From: Schmidtea nova
Taxonomy: Eukaryota
NCBI GenBank assembly: GCA_044892505.1
Contig: CM097883.1
Coordinates: 439,952,001-440,016,000, forward strand
Direction of reading: 5' to 3'
Length of the DNA stretch: 64,000 bases
Positions 12,617 to 24,319 of the stretch are shown in pieces (the first letter of the stretch is position 1; each line of letters begins with the position of its first letter). A program made the position numbers and the translations under genes. The notes beneath the pieces are model-generated. The model was not told the origin of the DNA and did no database searches. It saw only the letters and a list, made by a program, of their open reading frames with translations.

Positions 12617-15345
12617 CTTAAAAGACAAAGAGACGCTAATTTTAGTGTTTCAAAATTTTATGGCGAAAATAATGGATTTTAAGCAGGTTTATATAGTTAA
12701 TTTTAACTACAATAGGATTAATAATTTAATACTTGTATAAGTATTAATAACTTACAATAATTACCGAAATTCCCGTTTAATAAATATTTATATTATCCTA
12801 CAGTTGAACTGATTTTCTTATAATTAATTTTGAACTTTTATAATATTTTGATTTATTTTTCGTTATAGTACTAATTAATTTTACTATATTTATAATTTAT
12901 TATTATAATTACCATTGTGTAATAAAATTTAAATATTAAAATTGTTATATTATAAACAAAGTAAATGCTCATTTCTGGCATAAACAAACAGAATTATAAA
13001 ATAATCACATATATCATATAAAATTATAAAGTAAAAAAATCATGAATAATGAATTTTCAACACAAAATTATAATAAATTGTCACAGAATGATAAACTGTT
13101 GCATAACATACGATGATGAATTGTCATATCATGAGATGATAGATTGTCGTATTTACAGAAATCATCAGAAAATGAATTGTACAATTGTTTGTTGTGTTCT
13201 AAGGATTGATCGTTTGGGTGATTGTAATTGGGATTTGATCGGATCGCGATTTTATTGGCTTGATTTTATTGGATTGGTTGAGATGATGTTGTGGGGATCT
13301 CCAGACTGGGCTCTTGCATAGACGTTTATTCGATAACTATTTCCCCCAGTTCTGTAGTATTTATTTAAGACGAATGTCTGGATGGGTTTTACTTGATCAT
13401 CCAACACTTGTTTTTTCATATTTTATTAGAGAATCATTTTATATCCTCAAAATTTAAGAACTCTATTATTGTCTGTTATAAATTTGAATAATGTAATAAA
13501 GATTAATATTTTTGTTAATGTGGTATATTAATTGTTAAAAGATTTTTCTTTATTCAATTTCTATAAATTAATTTATTATGTTTTTTATATTCCGATATTT
13601 AAACAGTAGATTAATTGCCTAATAACTTTATAAGATTAAATGGGAAACAAACATGTTCACTATTTTATTTTATTATATTGAACAATTTAAATAATGCAAT
13701 ACTTAAACAATTACATTTATTTACAAGTTTTATAGACAATAAATCCAAAATACATTTCGTTTCCTCTTATTTAACACAAATTTTCAATACTGTCTTTTCA
13801 AGTCTTTTTAAATAACGCTTCAAAAAAGCTGTACCGAAAATCTTTGCTGACTAGGAGAAAGAAATTTATTTGATCTATTGTCTAAAGCATATGAAATAGA
13901 AAAAAAGATTAAAAGTGAAGAACAGATGTTGGAATATTTATTGACAGACCGCAAATGTTATCACAAATCGAATGTCTAAGATAAATATATTAGATTCTAT
14001 TTTTACGCAATAAGATACATTCAAAGAAAACTAGTGTAAGATAAATTGTGCAATTTTTCACTCTAAAACACGATGGTACACATATAGTAAAATTTTGATT
14101 AATTCCAAATCATAAAAATTAGTTAAAACAATATATACAAATTAGTATATTTTTACTATTTCAATTGCACTTTTTATTTCAATCGAATTCCTTATTTCTT
14201 GATAAATTATTATTTAAAAGGAAAAATAGAGCCATTAACTCATAATCACCTAAATTAAGAAATATTTGTTCAAAATTAGGGGCAAAAACTTTATATCAGT
14301 GTAACTTAGTCCGCTAAAATGGACAAATAATAAGCAAGCGATTTTTAACTCATCCAATCACTTCATCTTTACATCTAAAAGTTGTATATTCGCAGCTACG
14401 GCCAGTTTGTATATTGTATGTGTAATCATATGACGACACTAGAAAAATTGGGTTAATTCAATAAAAATACACATTTTATGAGATTATATATAAAATTAAT
14501 ATCAATAATTCCCATAATGGATGACTATAGATCAAAATTTCTTTAAATAAGTACACTAAAAATTCAAAATTTGAGTTTATCATTGTAAAACAGCCAGATA
14601 TTTATTTCAAATAAATACAATCGAAATATTTGATGTTTAATTTTTAAGAAAGTTGAGTTTAACATCCAACAAATATTAAATATTTCAATTTAATAATTAA
14701 TTAAGTAAAAAATAATATAAGAATAAAATATTTTTATTTTATAATTTACTAATTATGTTGTTTTTAAAGTATTTAAAACTTAACAATTAATTGTGAGAAT
14801 AAGCAATTGAAAATATGCAGTGAAAAATGGAGATTTTCTCTCCTTCTCCCAAAATAGTTGACATACCTCAAAGTCCACTAACTTGAATATTGGGTAGTGA
14901 GATCATGTGATATCAAAAGCAAGAAAAAAACGAATTTAGAAATTACTTCTGAAATCTACATATAGTAAGTCAGGAAAGAACATTTTCAGCAGTAGCTAAT
15001 TTTTGTACTGAAATTCATTCGAAGTTGTCAGATAAATCATTGAATGCGTTAATCATTTTTAAGTAGTATGTTTTTAAAATGATAAATTATGGAAAATTTA
15101 TCGGTTTCATGATCAAATATTTTATATGCAAATCTAGATATTTACGATTGAATTTAGAATTGTTAGAAATTTATTTTTCACCTGAAACAATTATTTTTAA
15201 GATTATATTGAATATTAATTTTCCATGAAAATTATAAAGGGATATCATATCGAATTAGGAGGAACTTTTGGGGTATGTTGCCTTTTCAAACGTCTAAACC
15301 AGTTAAAAATTAGGGACATTTGAAACAGTAGGGAATATTATAGAC

Positions 15346-15961
15346 CAGGGATTCCCAACCTTGGGTACGCGTACCAGTACCGGTACGTGGGCAAGCAGCT
15401 ACCGGTATGCGAATTACTTTACTATATATAAAACAAAAATATATTAAAAATCTGTTTTGCTAAAAAAACATGACTACAGTAATTTTAATATTTCAAAATT
15501 TCTTATCCATTGTTGGTGTTGTAATACTTTATTGGGATTTACTTATTCTCAAATGATGCTGCCTGTACCTGAATGCATTATCTACGATCCCAAAAGAGTG
15601 GGGACGACTGATCTCTGGGGAAACGACAATTCTCAGGGTTCGCGTTCAGTCTTATTCGAGTTGCGTTTGAGTTTGGATAAAAAGCCGTTTTTTATTTCCT
15701 TTTTATACTCTTCAAAACGAATAATTCAGAGTATATTGAATTTAGTTGTCCATCCCAATGACTTCAATGGAAACCAAGTATAGAGCTTTGCTGGACATTG
15801 AATAGGATCTTCGCCTTAAACTGACAAACATTGAGCTCGATATTTCATCTTAAGTTAATAATAAACAGGCCCAACCTTCTTACTAACTATTCTTTAAGTC
15901 ATAATTATATTTTATTTATATGTTTAGCAGTAAATAAATAAATAAATAAATAAATAAATAT

Positions 15962-16001
<40 letters not shown>

Positions 16002-16130
16002 AAGTTACTTGTCTTTATTACAAATCTCCATTGCATTTTATACTCCATTAAAAAAATTAGGTTTACCGGTACACCATCAAATTGTTTACAATGTACAGGT
16101 ACGGTACTATGAAAAGGTTGGGAACCCCTG
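15346..16130 (+). mobile_element. Non-autonomous hAT-Charlie element, 785 bp
   Basis: TIRs CAGGGATTCCCAACCTT / AAGGTTGGGAACCCCTG. 8-bp TSD TTATAGAC / CTATAGAC. Internal C-terminal transposase relic TKYRALLDIE*DLRLKLTNIELDISS*VNNKQAQPSY* (~15774-15885). Confidence 0.88.
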
Positions 16131-17581
16131 CTATAGACCATTAATTCCCAAAAAATTTGGAGCCACCACCGCTATGATTCTGAGAAACCTTTCTCCAACG
16201 CCTCCAATCGTAATCATAATGTTGGGGTTAGATAAAAACGCACAAAATTCAAAAGAAATGGAAAATATGGAAAATTAATTAAAATTTCAAAAAGGGTAAA
16301 AATCAATATTTTTCAGGGAGAGAAAGTGACAATTGATGGCAAATAAAAAGTTAAAACGAATAAAATAGTTTTAAATAAATTGGGGTCCCTAGGATTGGCT
16401 AGAGCAAAATACAAATTAATTAATTAATTAATTGATCTCATTAATCATTAGGGTAATCTCATCAATCATTGTTTAAAAAGAGGCAAAGTGGCTGAACGGA
16501 CAAGTCGAAAAATTGCTTGTCAAAGTATCCGTAGCAAATGAGAACTAGCATGTCAAATTTGTATGATTAGCCGAGTTTCACAGTGATTGATGAGATTGAG
16601 TTTAGAATATAAACTAACTCATTTAAGTAATATTGGCCAGTAAGTTGAAGAAGTTCATCAGAATTCAAAGGTGATACCCTTTGGATATTTTATATCGACG
16701 TTGTTGAGAAATTTGTTAAGAAATTTGTGGAGATACTTGTTAAATAAAGTTTTATTTGTTGGGTCTTCATTGTTATTTAAAGGACACGAGGAGTCTGATT
16801 AAAACTTACGTCCTACCAAAACTATAATAACCCAGTAATAATGATGGACTGCTTGACCCATTCCAGAATATGAAAAAAAATATTTGAAATCAATAACCTG
16901 AATCACACATTTATTTATTTGGGTATTAATGTGATCTTTTAACTCCAGTTGAATTCATCAAATTTTTCAGTCATTGAGATTGCCCTTCTTTTTCCTCCTA
17001 TGAATTTATTTCAAGCCAAGTGATGAACTTAAAGAGACAAGAATAAGAAGAACTAAAGTGCAACAATGAAAGGCCGAAAGATGTGTAAATAATAATTGGT
17101 TTCTTGCATAGAACGCACGAGTTTGACCTGAAATTAGCCGGAATTCATCGCTACATTAACTTAACCAAACACCCTCAAAGGGGCGTTATGTCCAATTTTG
17201 GAATCATTGAAATAAACTCTAGATAATTCATTCTTTTGTCCGGGGCTTAATTTCTAGAACCTGTACATACATAAGAAGTAGTGCTAATATTCTATTTTTG
17301 ATACAAAATCGCAATTTCAATTCATTTAAAACATTTTATTATACAGTAAAAAATTAAAATAATTTTTTAAAAAATATTTTTCATAGGTAAGATAATAAAT
17401 TGAAAAAAAAACTTTCTAAAAGGAAATTTAATGTAAGATATCGTTTTTGATATTAAAAAAGAATTGGAACGCCGTTTTGGTTGAAATCAAGCTCTAATAT
17501 TCTAAGGGTCCTTGTTCATTGTATCATATACACGTTTATTTTTTATCCTTGGCAAATACGAAAGACTAGACTCCATTAGAG

Positions 17582-18058
17582 CAGAGATTGATCGATTAAT
17601 CGGTAACATTCACAACCGGGCCAATTATCAGGACAATAGGCAATCGGCCGTTCCCATCCAGCGCCTATTGTTCAAGATGAGGAATTAAGAATACTAACCG
17701 AATTAGGCATTACTCTGACTAGACAAACAAAATACAAATTCTAAAAACAACAAATATATTAATTTTATCTGATTATTTATGTTAAAAAATGTCAAAATAA
17801 AATACAGTGCTATTGGACATATACTGAATAATTATATAGTGACTAGAAAGTAGCCTCGTAGATAAGTAGTTTGTAATAAATGTAATAAATGACTGGTTAG
17901 CTGACTTTGAGACCATATAAGACCTGAAAACATACAGAAAACAAAGCAATGATTAAAAAATTTAAAATTAGTAGACAATTGGTATCGGCTCCACAATCGG
18001 CCGTTCTCACAATCGGTAATCGGGAGAATCGGGAAAAAGTGCAATCGGTCTAGCTTTA
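17582..18058. mobile_element. hAT-like MITE with AATCGG subterminal repeats
   Basis: Degenerate TIRs CAGAGATTGATCGATT / AATCGGTCTAGCTTTA. Flanks CATTAGAG / CATTAGGA match at 6 of 8 positions. Multiple AATCGG motifs lie near both ends. Confidence 0.5.
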
Positions 18059-18678
18059 CATTAGGAACTCAATTCAAACAACACCATGGAAATCTAATAC
18101 TTCCTAAAATAATATATCCTAAATTTATAAATTTATTTTTTTATATTGGTTAATGGAAGGTTAGAAGTTGTAAATTTCATTATACAAAGAGATGTTAAAT
18201 TTGTGGTTTATTAGTCAACGTATGCAGATGAAATTGAAACAATTTGGTATCATATTAGTTAATAAAGAATATTGAGGAATAAAAAGTTGATCTCCCACTG
18301 TAAATAATTACTATAAATAGTTTGTAGTAAAATTTAACTAAAATGAGTTATTTTCGGCGTACTTTGGACAAGCCAGGTAACAAAAATAGTTAGTAAAAAG
18401 TATGAGACCCTTATCTTAAAACATAAATTGAATACTTAATAATATTCTTGTGGATTTTGATAATTTTCAATCTATTTCAAAGTTTCTCAATCCTTTCACT
18501 CTCATGGCACACTGTGGGAAAAAATTTCGGATCAATGAAAAAAAGCCCTAGTAAATAAAAAAGCTAAAAAAATATAAAAAAAATGGTAAAAAATATATCA
18601 AAAATAAATAATCCAAAGAAATAGTGAAAAATCATAATAAAATAAAAAAGGCTTTGTTAATAATTAAAGATTTGTTGT

Positions 18679-18884
18679 TGTTAAATTATATTCAAATAAA
18701 AACTGCTTCCGTAATAATTTGTCTTATTCGAACAAATTTCAAATGGCGAATTAATCAATTAAATAATAACGACAATTATGCGTGCCAGCATTTATACTTT
18801 TAATAATTTGACTATATAATAAAATTGATTACTTATAATACAATATATGTTATTTATAAAATAGTTAATTAAATATCCCTAACA
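18679..18884 (-). repeat. 3' LTR (206 bp)
   Basis: Direct repeat of 20594-20799 with 3 substitutions seen by eye. Ends TGTT..AACA. Confidence 0.92.
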
Positions 18885-19625
18885 TGCCCCTTGTTTAAAA
18901 GGTTTTAGCCATTCAACGTTGCGGACCATCATTTTTTCATCTCTGTCTCGTAATTCATAGGTATTCTCATGTATCTTTCTAACAACCGTAAAAGGTCCGA
19001 TATATCGGTCGTCCTCGTTTTTTCTCACATCTACTTTAACCAAAACTTCTTCATTTATATCAAATTTTCGGTGTATCCGGTTCTCATTTTTATAACTTAA
19101 ATTTCTTTGTTTTGATTGTATTTCGACCACTATTTTACTTCTATCGTTGTATCTTCTATTATTATTGTTCCATTCTCTAGATATCCGGAAACCAAATACT
19201 GCTTCTGAGGGGCTCTTTCCAATTGTGCTTTGAATAGTTTCATTTAAACTAAATTCGATTTCAGGTATTACTTCAACCCAATTTCTCTTAAGTTTGTCTT
19301 TTAATGACGTACTGATAAAATCTCGTATTGTTCGAAATTGTCTTTTAATCAAACCATTAGTATTATGATGACAAGGGCTCGAAAATTGTAGCTGTATATT
19401 GTGATTCTTTGTCAACTCTTTTATCAAGTTAGACTCAAATGTTTTGCCACAATCAACTTGAATAATTCTATGTGACCCATATTTTAATATCCATAATTTC
19501 ATAATAGTATCCGCTGTAGTTTTTTCATCTTGTTTTGCAACTGCTGTTAACGAAACGTATCGACTATACATGTCAATAATTCCCAAAATATATTTTTTCC
19601 ATGAATGTTTGTATGTAAAGGTCCA
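18879..19625 (-). pseudogene. Retroviral-type integrase core and GPY/F-like C-terminus, lacking the N-terminal HHCC finger
   Basis: Motifs D-x-x-GPL, GIIDMYSRYV, IQVDCGKTF, SSPCHHNTNGLIKR (expected catalytic E appears as K) and RYIGPFTVVRKIHENTYEL. The stop codon falls inside the LTR. Confidence 0.88.
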
Positions 19626-20593
19626 CTCTCGTCTGCGTATCTTCTTCTGTCTGCCTGGTTCCAGTATTGAAATCGCAAATGCCCTCTTCTACCGCATCCT
19701 GAGCAAGATATTGATGGACATTCTCTTCTATTATGTCCGATATCTTTACACGCGAAACATCTCATCTCTGCATTCGATGCTCTCTGATTGCACTCTCTGG
19801 ATTTGTGCCCTTCTTTTCCACATTGGAAGCATTTCTGAATCCTTGGTTTCCGACATTCTCGACTCATATGACCCACTTCCTGGCAATTCCAACATGTAAT
19901 AACTGGTCTGTTTCTAGCAGGCATTTCTCTTTGTTAGAAGTTATTCAGGTTGTTATCTGCTTTTATCATCGGTCTTGAATCATATCTTTGTTCAATCCTT
20001 TCTGTATTTGTAAAATTTCGCCTTTGGTTCTGTCTATCGGCAAATCCCTGTCTTGCTTTGACAATATTCGCAAATGTTTCTTTCTTTCTATTTAAAACTG
20101 AAATTCTCGACGCTTCAATATTTATATCATTGACCTTCTTTATCACTCCTTTTATTTCATCGACGCTTATCGCATCTCTCATCTTTATTTCTTTCTGTGT
20201 ATCTTTGTCTTTGATACAATGGACCAAAAAATATGACATCAATTCTTTCTTGTCCCATTTGTGTTTTAGAACTTGGTCAACCATCTTTTCTATTTTTTCA
20301 AAATATAGTGGGGCAGTATCCTCGTTTTTTTCGTAATTGCATCGGGTTAAAAAATCCCCTATCAGCGTCGTTGGTTTCTTGAAAGCCTTTTTCAATCTGT
20401 CTTCAAAGCAAGTTTCATTTTCTTCTATTGCTTCATACATTGGTAACAATTCTCTTTCGATCAAACATTTGATCATTATATTTTGGCTGGACTGTTCTAG
20501 TCCACATAATTGGAAATATCTCTTGCATTCTCCAATAAATATTTCTACATCGACGCTGCCGTCGTAAATATCTGGGATCATTTTATTGATCAT
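19547..20593 (-). pseudogene. gag: Gag (capsid-like region + 3-4 CCHC zinc knuckles) with in-frame TAA at 19934-19936
   Basis: ORFs 19934-20593 and 19547-19924 are in the same frame, separated by TAA CAA AGA GAA. Knuckles: CWNCQEVGHMSREC, CFQCGKEGHKSREC, CFACKDIGHNRREC and degenerate CSGCGRRGHLRFQY. Confidence 0.85.
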
Positions 20594-20799
20594 TGTTAAA
20601 TTATATTCAAATAAAAACTGCTTCCGTAATAATTTGTCTTATTCGAACAAATTTAAAATGGCGAATTAATCAATTAAATAATAACGACAATTATGCGTGC
20701 CAGCATTTATACTTATAATAATTTGACTATATAATAAAATTGATTACTTATAATACAATATATGTTATTTATAAATTAGTTAATTAAATATCCCTAACA
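20594..20799 (-). repeat. 5' LTR (206 bp)
   Basis: Direct repeat of 18679-18884. It is followed immediately by the gag ATG at 20593. Confidence 0.92.
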
Positions 20800-20815
20800 G
20801 GCTTGAAAATTCAAA

Positions 20816-21583
20816 TTAATCAATTTTTATTAAATATAAAATAGCCTGCAGAGTATGAACTTCTGTCACTGGATCCACAAAGTTATACTTGTGACAGACA
20901 GTTCGATGTGTAAAGCCCTTTGCAGGCAAGCGGCTGTAACTCCGATGTTCATCAGTATGGATAATACTTCCCTCCACAACATGCTCACATATAACAGGTA
21001 TTATGGTATCAGCACGCTTATCAGGTATCATCTGTGCCCATACCTTTGCGACGCAACGATTGCATTCAACAATACAGAGGGCATCCATTCTGTTTTCAGG
21101 TGAACGACCCTTATGACTTTTGCATTTGTAATTGAGCGTGGTTTCGTCCACTTGAACAACAGTCCCGGCGCCCCCTAGCTTAGTCAAAAGTTTGTTGGAT
21201 GTTTTAATTCTGTCGATTAACAATGCGTTTATCTTGCTATATGTCGGCGAAGATATGCGTATGTCTCTAAGAATTGAACATCGAGTTTGTCCATTGGAAA
21301 TATGAATAAGCACTTTAAGTACTTTCTTCGTTTCTGTTGCCAATGATTCGAAAAATGAGCCATCTCTAACAGACCTTCTCTTTTTGTAGGCTTTGCATTT
21401 GTTGGAATAACACCTCCAAACCATATCAATGGCATAACTCTTTGACTCTTCAAGCTTAAGAGATGACCCACATGAACTCAGGCATTGCATGCTGCGGAGG
21501 AAGTAACTATGCTGAAACATCCAGGTAATTAACGACTTTTTAGGCATTGTAATAACTGATTCTTCCAATATTTCCAAGTTCAT
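20816..21583 (-). pseudogene. Merlin/ISXO2 (IS1595-like) DDE transposase, C-terminally truncated
   Basis: Motifs VVQVDET, IPDKRADTIIPVI..V..GSIIHTDEHRSY..L, HRTVCHKYNFVDPVTEVHT. The expected following xxIExxW motif is missing. Confidence 0.85.
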
Positions 21584-22918
21584 TTACAAGGACTAAAATT
21601 AATTTTTTTATATAAAGAAATTCAAAATAAATTCATGCATCGTCATCAAATAAAATCGAAAACAAAAAAATCTAATTTAAGATTATTTTTTATATTTAAT
21701 AATTATGATTAAATTAGAAAGCCATAATTTCTATTTAACGATCAAATAATTTTTGAGGATTTTATTCAATATTATATTTTTTATTTCAAAATATTTTTAT
21801 TTTTCACTTTATAATTTATTTTTTTATATATTGTTGTGCATATATTATATATTATTATTTTATTAAATGATTTTTTAAATTTAATTATATTTAATAGCAT
21901 CAGTGGGGTTTTCTTTCACTGATCCGAAATTTATTTTTATGTCACAATTACGAGTTTGTCGAAAAAGATTTACTTGAAAAAAAAGATAATTTAAACAGAA
22001 CTTTAAATTTTGAGATAGAAGCCATAACGAGTCACACCATTAAACAGAAAATTAATTCGAAAATTATTTAATAAATAAAGAATCTATTAATTATTTACAT
22101 TTGCTTACATACAACATTATTTTTACGATTTCATGGCACATCCTTTGAGAAATATTGATCTATTTAATTATGTGATTATAGAAAATTTTTATAAAATAAT
22201 AAAAGATATAAATTTTTATTAAAAAATTTTGTAACTTATTCTTTTAAACAATTTGGCTTTTAAAATTTGCTTTCAACTTCTGAATTTCTTTGAAGAATTT
22301 CAGGAAGTTTTATGAGAAATTTTTACCAGAAAGTTTATCACTAACAAAATTTAATTTTCAACATTGATCTTTTCATTTATTTCAGAAACTTTCATTTTTT
22401 TGATTAAAAAATATATATTTTTTCAATATCAATCTTTGTTAAATTAATCGTTTAGAATTTCATTTGGAAAATCTATGTTAAATAGTCTTCATAATTATCT
22501 TTTTGTTTCACCTTTGATCTCTATTTATAATAATAATTTCCATTTTGGTATGACTATAGATTAATCTTGTGTATTTGTAAAAAAAATTGATGTATAGTCA
22601 TACCAAAATGGAAATTATTAATATAAATAAATAGTCTTCATCACGGACCAATTTACTGACTAGAATAGGCAAAACTTCACTCCGATGAAACAAAAACAAT
22701 TCATCTTTCCAGAGCTGGTCCAATGATTTATAGAGTTGTGTGCGAAATTAAATGCCGTGCTGAAGATAAATGAATAAATTTGTTTTCAAATCAAAAATAA
22801 TTATTAAAATAAATTCACAAACTATAGTTAAATAAACAACAAAAGCCTTGGTCAAAATGTTGTGCACCCCTGTTCGAACAGTTATTTATGATGATTTAAT
22901 ATTTTAGAATAAAAAATT

Positions 22919-22963
<45 letters not shown>

Positions 22964-23613
22964 TAATTTTATCTAATATAAGTATCTAAGACCTTATAAA
23001 TAAACATAATTAGCCGGCTTCAGGCAACAGATAACGAACTTGTTCTATAAATTTAACTAATTCTGACAATGGAGATTTCGTACAGTCTGTTGGGTTTATT
23101 TTTAAGCCGATATAAATTTCTGACTTCTCGTGCTCTTTTCAAGAATAATTAAAGTCACCCAACACAATAACTTTATTTAAGTTCAACACAAAATCTACAA
23201 TTAGTAATAACACTTAAAGTGCTCTGCACTTTTCTGGCGTTAGGAGAAAGTCTTACAACGAGAGATCCCCTTTCTGGTATGCAGTAGTTGATTTGATGTG
23301 GGTGATACTATTTGTCTGTTATGCCCTCCTCTTACTAACCTTTTTGGATCACTTTAAAAAAATGGTCTTTGACAAACTGGCGAGATTAATGACTTTGTTT
23401 CTTATTTTTATAATGCTTCCGTAAATTCAATGAATTTCCCTATTGAATAATTGGTCAGCGTCTCTCGATCAATTTGTCTAAAAAACAAATATGTCATTTT
23501 AGCTTCGGGTTCCTCTTAACGCTCGGATTTTTCTTTTTCCCAAGGTTTTTCCCGATAATTAATTTATTCGAGGTAATTGGTTTATCTGTTTTTCACTCGG
23601 GCTTCCTCTACAA

Positions 23614-24319
23614 TGCAGTTTACACATATCGAGCCAATTGTTTCCTTCTGTATCAATTCTTACTTGCCAAATAAATGTAATGGAAATGGCTGCATGTATT
23701 GCAGATTTTGTTCAAGGTAAGACAGAAGAACTGGAGTTAGAAATTTTGGAACTTAAGAATGATATTTTGCTAAAATCCTTAATATCAAAGGACTTTTGGA
23801 ATACAGTGGACAGAGAAAAGTTTCCATTTTCTAAAAAAGCGGCATTTAAAATTGAATCATTTTTTGGTTCGACATATTTATGCGAATCATTATTTTCACA
23901 TATGAACTTAATAAAATCAAGAAATAGATCTCGACTCACCGATGAGCATCTGTATGATTGTTTGCTAACAGGATTATCGTCATACTCTCCTAATTATGAG
24001 GAACTGGCCAATGATATGCAATGCCAAAGATCACATTGACATATCGATAATATATTTTTTATAAAATGTTTTCTTCGTATTTGTGTTTTTTGTTTACGTT
24101 TTGTAAATACATTTCTCTGAGTGTATGTAATTTGAATAATAATTTTATTATTTTGAAACATTTTTGTTTATTATTTATTAATAAATTATGAATATAAGAA
24201 AAAAAATTATGGGAATGAGAAGTTATGGAAGGAGTTTGTTGATTAAAAATAGGTGGTGCCCGTCACCCTACCGATATTTTAGAATGTGCTCTAGAGTACA
24301 AAAAGGTTGGGAACCCCTG
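23614..24319 (+). mobile_element. 3' fragment of a hAT (Charlie/SPIN, GTF2IRD2-like) transposon
   Basis: ORF 23638-24039 contains FGSTYLCESLFSHMNLIKSRNRSRLTDEHL..CQRSH*. Right TIR AAAAGGTTGGGAACCCCTG ends at 24319. Flanks CTCTACAA (23606-23613) / CTCTACAT (24320-24327). Confidence 0.85.

Larger units (their letters stand above)
18679..20799 (-). mobile_element. Non-autonomous Ty3/gypsy LTR retrotransposon (gag + integrase only), 2.1 kb
   Basis: Two 206-bp direct repeats with TG..CA ends. PPT-like AAACAAGGGGCA abuts the 3' LTR. Gag with CCHC knuckles and an integrase core are present; no PR, RT or RNase H motifs are. Confidence 0.9.

Noticed and set aside
19570-20567. Plus-strand ORFs antisense to gag
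   Set aside because: Shadow ORFs of the minus-strand gag with no independent motifs.
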